A program made the translations under genes and the position numbers. A DNA stretch of 64,000 bases from positions 116,252,001 through 116,316,000 of the forward strand of contig NC_045696.1 in assembly GCF_009834535.1 (NCBI RefSeq), given 5' to 3'. Numbering within the stretch: the first letter of the stretch is position 1; every line of letters starts with the position of its first letter. Positions 1-11,260 of the stretch are shown piece after piece. A model generated the notes under the pieces. It searched no databases and was not told the DNA's origin. It saw only the letters and a list, made by a program, of their open reading frames with translations. This DNA comes from Camelus ferus (Eukaryota).

Positions 1-409
1 ACTAAAGCAACCATGTAGAAGGTTGCAGGAGAGACTGTGGTGAAGTCCTTGAAAGAACTGGCCAGCTTAAAGATGAGTTCTTCATTTCTCTCTTGCAAAG
101 AAATCGAGTGAGCCAAATTGTGCCCATCTTTGCTATAGTGATGACAGAGAACACAAGAATGTGACACACCACAAAAAAATTCACTCTAACAATAAATAAG
201 AAAACAGCTACTTTTTGAAAGCCATTTATGCTGTGGAAAACAGAAGTTTGGAAGTGTTTTCATTGTTATATGCTGTTATTTCTAAAAATTATGCAGCCTG
301 TAAAACCTCTAATACATGTGCCCTTAAGAAATCTGGAAAACTGTTTTAACTTACAAAATTTTTTCAGTAGCTTCAGTGCATGTTAAACGTAGATGTTAAA
401 CTAATTCAC

Positions 410-982
410 AAAAATATATGCACCCCAATGTTCATGACAGCATTAGTTATAATGCCAAGGTATGAAAGCAACCTAAGTGTCCATCAACAGATGAATGGAT
501 AAAGAAGATGTGATGTGTATATATATGATGGAATATTACTCAGCTATTAAAAAAGAACAAAATTTTGCCATTTTTAGCAACATGGATGGGTTTGGAGGGT
601 ATGATGCTAAGTGAAATAGGTTGGACAGAGAAAGACAAATACTGCATGATATCACTTGTATTTAGGAATCTAAAAAAAATACAGCAAACTAGTGAGTAAC
701 ACAGAAAAGAAGCAGACTCACAGATGTAGAGAAAAAAACTAGTGGTTACCAGTGAGGAGAAAAAAGGAGGGAGGGGCAATATAGGGGTAGGGGATTAAAA
801 GATACAAACTACTAGGTATAAAATAAGCTACAAGGATATATCGTACAACACAGGGAATGTAGCCAATGTTTTACTATAAATGGAGTATAACCTTTAAAAA
901 TTGTGAATCACTATACTGTACACCTGTAACATATACTACCGTACAGCAACTATGCTTCAGTGTTTATAAAAAAGGAGAAAAA
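410..982 (+). mobile_element. LINE-1 3' fragment (ORF2 C-terminus and 3' UTR)
   Basis: tgcaccccaatgttcat...aagcaacctaagtgtccatcaacagatgaatggataaagaagatgtg hallmark; A-rich end. Confidence 0.9.
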
Positions 983-1200
983 ACTACTTGTTAAAACTTT
1001 TAAATTTATAAGCCTTCACTAGATAAAAATTTCCTGGTTGTTTTTTAACGATAACGTTGATGTAATTTTGAATTAACTTTAAACAATGGCAATTACCATT
1101 TGGAAGGCAGAGTCAAAGCTAGACTTTTTCCATTTGGGTTAATGTGTAGTTGAAAGAGCTTTTCCAACCCCAATAGCCATTTAAAATCAAGTGTGTAAAG

Positions 1201-1342
1201 GGGGGGGGGTATAGCTCAGTGGTAGAGGTCCTGGGTTCAGTCCTCAGTAACTGCCATTAAAATAAGTGAATAAATAAATAAACCTAATTACCTCCCGCCC
1301 CCCAAAAACAAAACAAAACAAAAGTAACTAAATAAATTGAAA
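1201..1342 (+). mobile_element. tRNA-derived SINE (Vic-1-like) with an internal deletion
   Basis: gggtatagctcagtggtagag joined directly to gtcctgggttca; aaataaataaacctaattacctcc tail. Confidence 0.85.
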
Positions 1343-1774
1343 ACATAGGCTTTTGAATTTCTGTATCACAAAATGCTAAGCCAAGTCTTTAAATTAGAAG
1401 AAAGTGTCTGATCACACAATGATGTGAGGCTTAAATTGTATACTTACCCAGAACCAGGAAAACCCAGCAGCTCAGTGCTCCTGGGCTCCCATAACAATTC
1501 TCCAGCTGAAATGCCTGTTCTCTTCTTTCCAGGCTCCAGCTCCTAGACTGTGGCTGGTTAGCCTCCCTCACCACTTAGTACAGTGGCCTCCAAGTCTTTA
1601 TCTCCGTGTATCACCATCAGTTTAAAAAAAAAAAAAAAAGGGTGTTTAAGCACACAACTCCTTTTATTTGATTATAACTTATACATAGGTGCTACACTTC
1701 TGACAAATCATCTATCTTATGTAACATACACAAAAGTGGATTTAAAAGATGGGACAGTTCTTGCCCAAAATGTG

Positions 1775-2320
1775 TAAATCATGAGGAAGCATCAGGCAAC
1801 TCCAAATGAAAAGAGATTCTACAACATAGGTGGCATTTATTCTTCAAAAATGTCCAGGTCAAGAAAGATAGAGATTTAGGAACTGTTCCACATTGCAGTG
1901 ACCACTGAATGGCAACACACCATCCTGGGTAGCATCTTGAACTCATACAGGAAATTTTGGAGAAAAAAGGTAAACTTGGAGTGGAAATGGTGGATTCAAT
2001 GGTAATCTCAGATGAATGTCGATTTCATAATTTTGATTTTTGCATTGTAAGTACACTCTAAATATTAAGGAGTACAGGCATCGTGTACGCAACTTGTGTT
2101 CAAGCAGTTCAGGAAAAAACAAAACCTGCAGTCAGTGTATCTGTGTGTGTGCCTATTTGTGTGTGTGTGGGGAGAGAGTAAGAAATGTGAATATGGACAA
2201 TGTTAGCAATTAGAAAATCTGGCTGAAGGGTATACAGGACCCTATGGATCTTTGCACCACTTTTGCAGTTTTTCTGGAAATTTGAAATTGATTCAAAACA
2301 AGAAACATTAAAAGTTTAAT
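1775..2320 (+). mobile_element. Old L1M (L1MC/ME-like) 3' region
   Basis: aatcatgaggaagcatcaggcaactccaaatg...gatctttgcaccacttttgcagtttttctggaaatttgaaatt. Confidence 0.65.
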
Positions 2321-2351
2321 ATAAACAAACAGAACAAAAAATCCTTTGAAG

Positions 2352-2480
2352 TGGGGAGGGTATAGCTCAGTGGTAGAGTGCCTGCCTAGCATGCATGAGG
2401 TCCTGGGTTCAATCCCCAGCACCTCCATTAAAAAAAACAAATAAATAAATAAACCTAATTACCTCCCCCCAAAACAAAAC
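2352..2480 (+). mobile_element. tRNA-derived SINE (Vic-1-like) with 16-bp TSD
   Basis: A-box tagctcagtgg, B-box gggttcaatccc; TSD caaaaaatcctttgaa at 2335-2350 and 2481-2496. Confidence 0.93.
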
Positions 2481-2767
2481 CAAAAAATCCTTTGAAAAGA
2501 TGACACAAAAATAGAAACTTGTTTTAAAGTATTCCATTTATTATAGTACAAAGCAATGCATTGATTTTATTAAAATACTAATAACCTTTTTAAATATGAG
2601 AATATTAAAAGTTATAGATATTTGTCCCATCCTCTTCTTTATGAAACTCTTCCAGAGGGAAACCTTCAGTGATCTTTTCATTAGTAAAAAAAAAAAATTA
2701 AGTTTCCAGATTTTAAAACCAATCCCTCTCTTAAAACATTAGATTTAGTGATTTAAAAGTAACTTTT

Positions 2768-3010
2768 GGGGGGAGGGATAAATTAGGAGTTTGGGATTAG
2801 CAGATAAAAACTGCTATATATAAACAGATAAACAACGTGGTCCTACTGTATAGCACAGGGAACTATGTTCAGTTTCTTATAATAACCTATAATTATAAAG
2901 AATATGAAAAAGAATATATGTATCACTGAATCACTCTGCTGTACACCTGAAACTAACACAACATTGTAAATCAACTAGACTTCAACAAAAAAATGTTTTT
3001 TAAATGTTTT
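2768..3010 (+). mobile_element. 5'-truncated L1 3'-UTR fragment with TSD
   Basis: ggagggataaattaggagtttgggattagcag...tcaactagacttcaa; aaaagtaactttt on both sides. Confidence 0.85.
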
Positions 3011-4101
3011 AAAAAGTAACTTTTTATTGGTTAATATTTAATATTTTAGAATTTATGAATCAGAAATTTCACAATACATTTAATATCTATTCACAACTGT
3101 TTGAAAGGTTTAAATTATTTTATTTAAGACAATGTTTCTGTTTTCTCACAAAATAAAATAGAAATGATTTCCTATGAGACACTTAAAATCTTGACCACAT
3201 TTTAATCATTTTCTACATTCCTGGTTCTCTCTTCTGTTTGTTATCAACATTGGGTAACATCCTCAGCAAATTCAAGATTCAAAATATCATGTAGGCAGAA
3301 GTGGTAATACATTTTAATTGCAAAAACATTGTTCTTCATTAGATCTTCCCCTCTACCCCATCCTCTTTCTGATCCACAAAGATTGGTAAAATCATACAGT
3401 TAAGTTGTCATTTAGCAGCCGGTGTCATAGAATAATCCCTTCCTGTCTCCTTACTTTTGCTCTCTGGCCTTTCCTGATTACTGACTCACAAAAGGGAGAC
3501 CCTTCCATCCAGAAGTTCAGAGGGGAGGTGGAACTGTGCACTGACTTAAGAAAAGCACGTGAGGGATTAAGTACGCAATCGCATGAATTGCACAAAAAGG
3601 CCACAAAAAGGCGTTTAAACAAAGATTATATTTCATTTGAGTATTTTATTTCACCAGCGCATGATACAAGTTGCAGCGAGGGCTTATGTAATTCTGAAAT
3701 AAGGTTCCTGGATATCAGTGCAGCATGTCTCCCTACAGCAACAGCCCTCAAACACTGAGAGCCATTTGACAAAGGTGCCTACCAGCACTACCGACCCAAG
3801 TGCTCCAAAAGTCAGTCACAAACCTACTGTGTACACAAGGTTGCTGAATACTCTTCTCCTATACATGGAATTTGCTGAAAAAGAAAGCCATGTGCAGGGA
3901 GTTGGTCTTCAGCAGTTTCCCCAGGTACAGGTAATGAACTACAAGAATCGTTCAAGAACACTCCTCCATGGACGTACAAGATCAAAGCTCCTTAGGGAAT
4001 TCTCTCACTAGATGTGGACAAACTAAGAATCTTGAATGCACCTAAAAAGCCCACTTTTGCTGCAAACAGAAAACCCTCATAATTACAAACAAGCAGTATG
4101 A

Positions 4102-4362
4102 CTTTTTTTATTTAAGTATAGTCGGTTACAATGTGTCAATTTCTGGTGTACAGCACAATGTCCCAGTCATGCATATACATACATATATTCGTTTTCATTA
4201 AAGTTTATTACAAGATATTGAATGTAGTTCCCTGTGCTATACAGAAGAAACTTTTTTTTATCTGTTTTTATTTATAGTGGCCAACATTTGCAGATCTCAA
4301 ACCCCCAAATTTATCCCTTCCCACCCCCTTTCCCCAGTAACCATAAGATTGTTTATTATCTC
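4102..4362 (-). mobile_element. 5'-truncated L1 3'-UTR fragment with TSD
   Basis: Poly-T, then aagtatagtcggttacaatgtg; TSD caagcagtatga on both sides. Confidence 0.85.
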
Positions 4363-5116
4363 ACAAGCAGTATGATTCGATGAGTTAAAATTGTTACACT
4401 TTCCACATCAGTTTGTCCACAGTCTTCTCAGTCCGACCAGCTCTTGGTGAAGGGCCTGGTAATCCAGGACTGGATGTTGTTAGTGGTTATTTTAAAATGC
4501 TTGCAGATCAAGCCACCAAGTAGGCAACAAAGTCCCAGAACACCCAATAATTGTCCACATCTGGCCGCAGGTACAGCCGCCGGCCAGCGATGCAGGGCAT
4601 CACAGCTGGAATCACTCATGCACATGTTTTTCTGGATAAACACTGGGTTATCCATTGGCACCTTCACTACGCACATCGTAGGTGAGCAGGGCCAGGTTGC
4701 TCCGCCCCACATTCACATTGTTTCTTTTTCCTTTTCCATGTCAGTTTTGACTTCAGTCAATTTTGACTTCAGTCCTGAGGAAAACATCAGGTTCTGAAAC
4801 ATTCATTTCCTAGTTCATATCAACTGTATATAAACACACATACACACACGCATACATAGACATGCACAATACTTGGGGCCACATTTTTCATAAATACTCC
4901 ATCAACTGTAAATATTAGTTCATCTGAGTTATTTTAGGTAATTAGCACAACATATTAAAATGAAGGGTCAGGAAATTTCACAGTCTCACCTACAACCTGT
5001 ATCTTGGAATTGAACTATTATCCAATTGCATCTAACTCTGGACTACAGTTAATTATACTCAGTACTTCTTAAGTCTTCATAAAGTAATTTTTCCAACCTT
5101 GGGAAAATAAAGAAGC

Positions 5117-6757
5117 TTGGGTGGCGGCTGCATGAGGGTCAGGAACCCTGACTTTTCACCACCAGGTCACCCATCCTCAGGACCAATCCCCACCCCCAAT
5201 CTCGGGGCCCAGTCTCTTGCCTGCATCTCGGCCCCTCCGTTCTCAGATGAGGAGGTGGGCTCCACCCCCGCACTGCAGACACTGTACCTACTTCCAGGCA
5301 GCTGGGGTGCCAAATCCTGAGGTTCCCTAATGATCTTGCTTCCTCACTGCTGCAAATATAGAGCAGCTGGTTCAGCACACAGTGGGGACCCAGCAGGTAA
5401 ACGAGGGACCATGGACACAGATCTCTGGGCGGAATCTCTAGGGTTGACCAGCTTCTCCCCACACATCCAAATCATCTCCGCAACTCTGTGGTGGCCTCAG
5501 CTCAGTGCACTCAGGTTGTGACACACAGCAAACAGGACAGAAGATGCAGTCACAGAAATGGACACCTCCGGATCTGCAGAGCAGCAGGTCATCTTGACCA
5601 GCCCAGATGGAGCTGGAACTCAGGTGATCCTGCTGCTGGAGACCTCCTGGGCCAAGCAGCTCACACTCACTGCCTCGGGCAACCTCATGCCTGGCAGGCT
5701 CCAATCGTCAGAGACTCTGCTTCTGTGAAGCGTTTCCTGCAGAAGGTCCAGGTCCAGCGGCCCCAGGTGGTAGAACACTGTGTGGTCTGTGGCAACAAAG
5801 CCTCTGGCCAGTACTCGGAGATTGGTAGTGGTGAACATTGCAAAGGAGCATTAGGAAAAGTGTGATCTACAGCGTCAGAGCAACCAGGATGGCATCAATA
5901 ACCCCCACCAGAACCACCATCAGTTTTGCCCAGTGGAACAAAGCTTAGTGGTTGGCATGAAAATGGACTCTGGACAGAGGGAATGAAAGCCCTTTGATGT
6001 GCAAAGGGAGAAACCAAGCAACTGTGCTGCTTCAGCTGAGAAAATCTTTATCCAGGATCTGAGAAATCCTCTGAGAGCCACTCCTGCATTTGTGGCAGAT
6101 GAAGATGGAACAAGACAAACAGGTCTGAATCCCAGAGGCTGTGAACATCCAGCAGCCTTTCTGTCACACATGAGGACGGTACCCCTCTTCGGACCATGTA
6201 TTCTAAGGCTGAAACAAGCCAGCTCTGGGCACGCTGGCAAATGTAGTAGCCTCCCTTACCAATCTCCGTGAATCCCTTAACAGTGGTGATGCTTCAGAAG
6301 TACCGCCAAAGGACCAACCTGCAGGTGAGATTACTCGGGCTTTGATATCTTAGCTAAAGCGTTTGATACACAGACAGTGCCTCATCTTCAAGCCTGGCAG
6401 ATGGCCTAGACACCAGTGGAGGAGGGAACAACCATGTCATAGCAGAGACCAGTCCATATCCATCACTGAGGTCCAAGCCCTCTTCCTTTTGAATACTTAC
6501 ATCACATGACCAGCCCAATTCCAGAGTACTTCAACACACACTACATCCACAAGTCTACATCCTGCCTGCTTTTCCTCTGCCTGCACCAGGTCAGTCCCAG
6601 CCCTTCGGGCACTTGGGCAGGACTGCACACCGGCCTGGTACAAGCCTGCTAAAATGAGCCCTTCACCCTTTGGCCTCACCCAGTGTACCCAGGTTATGAG
6701 TCTCTCCAACATCCTGGTGGCCACAGTCAACCACCTGCAGAACAATATCCAGCAGAT
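5117..6757 (+). pseudogene. NR2C2: Processed pseudogene of nuclear receptor NR2C2 (TR4), 3'-truncated
   Basis: Intronless match to TR4: TSFSPHIQIIS (ATG changed to TTG at 5444), QRPQVVEHCVVCGNKASG, QREKPSNCAASAEKIFI, ATPAFVADEDGTRQTG, LGQDCTPAW, VNHLQNNIQ. Many frameshifts and stops; zinc-finger cysteines lost. Confidence 0.93.
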
Positions 6758-7449
6758 TTTGGAACAATCTTTTAACTCAACTTGTATTTAGAAATTATCA
6801 AAGGGCAAAAACAAACTTTTCTAATGTTAGAGACCGGGATTAAAGAAAAGTAAAAGAAAATTCTTGAAAAACAAGACTTACATTTCATGGTAAATTCTAA
6901 TTCATTTAAGAAAAAAAACTTAAGATAGACATTTGCAAATAATTTGCCATTAACATTCCATTTAATGCTCAACTTGTCACCTAAGAAGTTTTATGAACAG
7001 TGTTTCAAGAACACAGTAAAGTAAGTAGATGGGATGACAGAATTCAAGCTAATAGTCTCCTCCTTCAACAAATAAAGCCACAAAGGATTACTGTGCCCTT
7101 TTGCCTTGTATTTATAATAATGATTTACATTCATGTGGTCTGTGATGGCTTTCTCATTATATTCAAGAAAGCAGCTAATTGCCTATTGACAACAGTTGTC
7201 CTTTAAAAAAAGAAAGATTAAAGCTTAGCAAAAATAAAATTGTTCAGACAAGATCTGATTTTAAAATTTCAAGAGGTAATTTGATCACCTCTGCTTTTAT
7301 TTACTTGTGTATTAAATATACTATACTCCAACTTGAGGATATATTTTTAAAAGTTTTGTCCCCCCCCCAAAATTATTCCTAGTCACCAAATTTTCACTTA
7401 CCTATGTCATTATGATTAAGCATTTGGTGGAAATCAAAATCAATACTAC

Positions 7450-7598
7450 ATAATGAGCTGTAATGGGAAAGAATCTGAAAAAATATATGTATGTATGTAT
7501 ATGGTGTAACTGAATCACTATGCTGTACACCTGAAACTCACATTGTAAACTGACTACACTTCAATAAAAAAAAAGAATCAAAAAAAAAAAAAAAAAAA
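7450..7598 (+). mobile_element. Short L1 3' end with poly(A)
   Basis: taatgggaaagaatctgaaaa...tgaatcactatgctgtacacctgaaac...caataaaaaa. Confidence 0.8.
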
Positions 7599-8279
7599 CT
7601 ACGTGTTGAAACAGGAATGTATGTAAAATTACACTAAAACTCTTATATGCCTACTGCTTAGTTTTAAAAAGACAAGAATTACCTATACCCAGATAATGCT
7701 CTCAGTTCACCTGGCAATAATTGCTATTATGTTCCCTTCTTTTAGATACAAAAAGGAAAGAAAATTAAAAGTTGACTACCACTAATTGGGCAAGAAAGGA
7801 AAAAGCAGCAATTTCTACAGATTAGTATTTTTTATTGAAATTTGCATTGAGAAAATTTTAGATTCTTGTGTAGTTGTAAGAAATTATACAGCAGTCCCTC
7901 GTACATTTTGGCCAGTTTACCCCAATGGTAAATTTAGCAAAACTGCAGGATAATATCACATCCAGGATGTTGACATTGATACAGTCCAACATTCTTAATG
8001 AGATTTCCTCAGTTTTCTTGTTCTACTCATCTGTTGAGTGCATGTGTGTGAGTGTATGTTGTTCTATCTTAAATAAATAAACCTAATTACCTCCACCCTC
8101 AACAAAAAATTTTTTTAAACTTCATAAAAATAAAATACAATATTTGAGTTAAAGTGTCGCTAATATCCAAGGCTTATTTGCTCCAAAGGGTCAATTCCAG
8201 TTTCTTAAAATTGGTAATAAAGAATCCCAGACTAGATTTTTTTAAGTCTTTAGGCTAAGAAGCATGAAAGTTCAGTGAG

Positions 8280-8620
8280 ATTCAAAGTGAGTAGACAAGT
8301 TCAAAGATAAAATTGGTAAGACTTTTAAGACAGCAGCAGAGCATCAAACCAAATATGAAGCCCTTCTGAGTATGGGGCCCTGAGGACAAGGACAGTGTGT
8401 CACAGAAGCCATTTAGTGAGTACCCTGAACACTGTATGGCAATGGGGCAGCAAGAGACATGGATGGACACATATATTCCATGTGTCTCATCAGACTTCAC
8501 TTACAATTCACAAGCTCAAAGATAAATTATTAAGCATTTCAAGATGGCAAGAGCAGAGCATGAAACCAAGTGCAGGGACTTTCTAAGCACAGGTCACATG
8601 TCCATGTGGCCAGCCCTGCT
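8280..8620 (-). mobile_element. MER45-like hAT-Tip100 DNA transposon remnant with an internal repeat
   Basis: gcagagcatcaaaccaa...cccttctgagtatggggccctg; repeated gcagagcatgaaaccaa; end ggccagccctg. Confidence 0.6.
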
Positions 8621-9157
8621 GTCACCATCCACTTCATACCCTCTGGCCTCAAGCCATAAGAGAACCTCTCTTCTTCCCTCTTAATGCTTCTGCACAGATG
8701 AGCCATGCTGCCTGGTGGCGGTAAACTGAGGACTCATGGAGAGGAGCTGGTGGGTGACACTTGGAAAATGCTGTTATTAGCTGGAGACAGCTGTTCTAAT
8801 CTCTTCCACTTAAACCAGGAAGGTGGGAAATGAGGCCTAGTCTAGGGAGATGTAAATGTACCCTTTAAAAAAACAAAAAACAAAAAACTTCATAATAAAT
8901 TGAATGCCTAAATTCAAATTCATGTGTCATTTATTCATTCTCTTATGGTCCCAGTGAATATTTATCGACTTACTTTAAAACGCTAAACAGACCTTGAAGA
9001 TTTAACTATAAACAGGCAGATATAGTTCCTACCCTTCTGCATGGCCAAAAACAGCAGGAGGAATTGCAAGCAAATGAAAGCAAATTCAGAAGAGGTGGAC
9101 CCAGGAATCATGGGGTTCTTTAAGGGCCAAACACTTAAAAGGAGCGTGAATTTCAGT

Positions 9158-9378
9158 CTTTTTTTTTTTAATTCATAATACATTTCTTAACTGAGGTATA
9201 AATGATTTACAATGCTGTGTTAGTTTCAGGTGTATTAAACAAAGTGATTCAGATAAATGTATATATTCTTTTTCGGATTCTTTTCCATTATACATTATTA
9301 CAAGATACTGAGTATAGTTCTCTGTGCTATACAGTGGGTCCTTGTTTATCTGCTTAGTATGTAGTAGTGCGCATCTGG
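9158..9378 (-). mobile_element. L1 3'-UTR fragment
   Basis: Poly-T, then tgatttacaatgctgtgttagtttcaggtgta...gtgctatacagtgggtccttg. Confidence 0.8.
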
Positions 9379-9799
9379 AACTTCATTTTAAATGCAGAGG
9401 GAGCCATTTAAGAGCTTCCTATTCAATCATATTTGCTTTGTCAAACTCACTCTAAAAAACATCAGGGGGTGGAGTATGTAGTCAAGAGTAGGTACCGGTG
9501 CAGTTCATAGAACGAGACTGGATAGCTGCCTGGATTGGGGACGGTGAGGGAAATACTGGGATTTGGATTTGAAAAATACTTAGTAGAACTGACAAGACTA
9601 GGTGACTGACTGGACGTGGAAAATCCAAGGGAGAATAAAGAATCAATATGGAAGATTCCCCAGGTTTCTGGGCATGTAATGGGAGGGATGCTGGTGCCAC
9701 TTCCCGAGGGTTAAAGAGCCAGAGCTAGCGGGGCAAAGAGAAAGAACCTGGAGCTGACTATTTCAGGTCTCGGCAACTTCCCTAAGAAAATCCCGTTAA

Positions 9800-10760
9800 T
9801 CCAAAACCCGCCCCCTGTTTTGGCTGGAACAGCCCTTCAGCGGCTTCCGTGCTGCAAGTGGACTGGGCGGGCAGCCAACCAAGAAGATTCTTTTCACAAG
9901 AGGGAGCCCTTGCGCACAAGCTCGAAGGCTGCCAGCGGGCTGACTAAACACACAGGAAGTGTTTGAACGCCCCCAAATACTCCCCGCTTACAGGTGCTGG
10001 AGCGGCTCCACCCCGTAAAAACCACCGACTCACGGGTGAAGGGCGGCGGGCTTGACGCCGCCTGACAAATAGCCCCGCCCCTCAGAGGGCGGGGCGGATG
10101 CCCGGATGTGGAGTCTCCGTGAGAGTGCGTCACGTGAGGCGCCCGTCCGGGGGCGGCGCCGTCGCGCCACGTGACCGCTCCGAGCCAGCCAATGGGAGAG
10201 CGCGGTGGAGAATTTCGAATGTGGCGGCGGCAGTCGGCGGGCGGCCAGACACGGTGCCTGCGAACCCGAGGCCCCGGAGGTCGGGGCGCGCACGGCCGGA
10301 CTGCCTCGCGGAGCCTTGGGATGTGAGGAGGAGGGCGACAGCCGTGGCAGAAGCGGTGGCCGAGGTACGGTGGGGACGTCCCCGCGGGAGGCGGGTCTCC
10401 GACCCTCTTCCGGCGGCCCCTGCCCCTCCGCTCCGCTGTCTCGGAGAAAGAGGAGGCCGCAGGGTTCTCGGACGTGGAACCGGGGCGTCGTGACCCGCGT
10501 TCCCCTTCCCTCGGGTCTCTCTGTCGCGCTGAGTTCGGTGGCCAAAAGCTCAGGCTGCGGAGTCGACCCCCTCTGCTGAGCCGCCCGACCTGCGCTTTCC
10601 GCTGCTCCAGTTTTCTGCTAAGTGGGGACCCGCACCTCCCCCCTTGCGGACTTGTGTGACTTGTGATGTGTAAGTAAAGCGTTTGCGGTAGTTAAAAGCC
10701 AGGCTCGACGTGAGGGCACGCAAACCCGCAGCTGTTTTTTGTGCAGCGCGGTACCGTTGA
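9800..10760 (+). promoter_or_regulatory. SGO1: SGO1 CpG-island promoter and non-coding exon 1 (donor after 10364)
   Basis: Very GC/CpG-rich. GC boxes near 10072-10097, E-boxes CACGTG at 10131-10136 and 10168-10173, CCAAT at 10189-10193, CHR-like TTCGAA at 10214-10219, donor CGAG|gtacgg. Confidence 0.85.
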
Positions 10761-11096
10761 CGGCCTTTTCTTTTGCTGCTTCTCTTACCCCGGAGAAGCT
10801 GGCAGGGGCCATTGTCCTACCTGGCTGCCTCAGCACCAGGAATGTTGAAAGAATTATGACGGAGATCAAATATACTAGGTTCTTTTGAATCCAGACCCCT
10901 TCCCCTAATGCTGTACTGGTTGAGACTGCCACCCGCGCTGTTTTCGTTTGTTCTCTCCGTCACACCCCCTTTTAACACCATCGACCTGGACTGGAATGAA
11001 ACTTCTCATACGGCAGATTTCTTTTGTAGTTTTAATTTGATCGCATGTAATGAAAGTTTTTTTTTTAGATAAGCTTTGCTTTTAAAATACCTTAAC

Positions 11097-11260
11097 GAGG
11101 AGGTTATAGCTCAAGTGGTAGAGTGCATGTTTAGCATGCAGGAGGTCCTGGATTCAATCCCCAGTACCTCCTCTAAAAATAAATAAAACCTAATTGCCTA
11201 CCACCCTCGCCAAAATGAAACAATTAAATAACACAGTAACTAAATAAAATATTAAAAAAT
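11097..11260 (+). mobile_element. tRNA-derived SINE with TSD
   Basis: TSD aaaataccttaac at 11084-11096 and 11261-11273. Confidence 0.92.

Noticed and set aside
2352..2430. tRNA-like sequences with A and B boxes, about 17 copies
   Set aside because: They have TSDs, A-rich tails and degenerate stems, so they are SINE heads, not tRNA genes
5488..6271. 125-aa and 90-aa ORFs with TR4-like peptides as a possible live retrogene
   Set aside because: Start codon mutated, several frameshifts, zinc-finger cysteines lost and ligand-binding domain truncated
9894..10659. Several overlapping 60-171 aa ORFs on both strands
   Set aside because: Stop-poor CpG island; Arg/Gly/Pro-rich translations with no family resemblance
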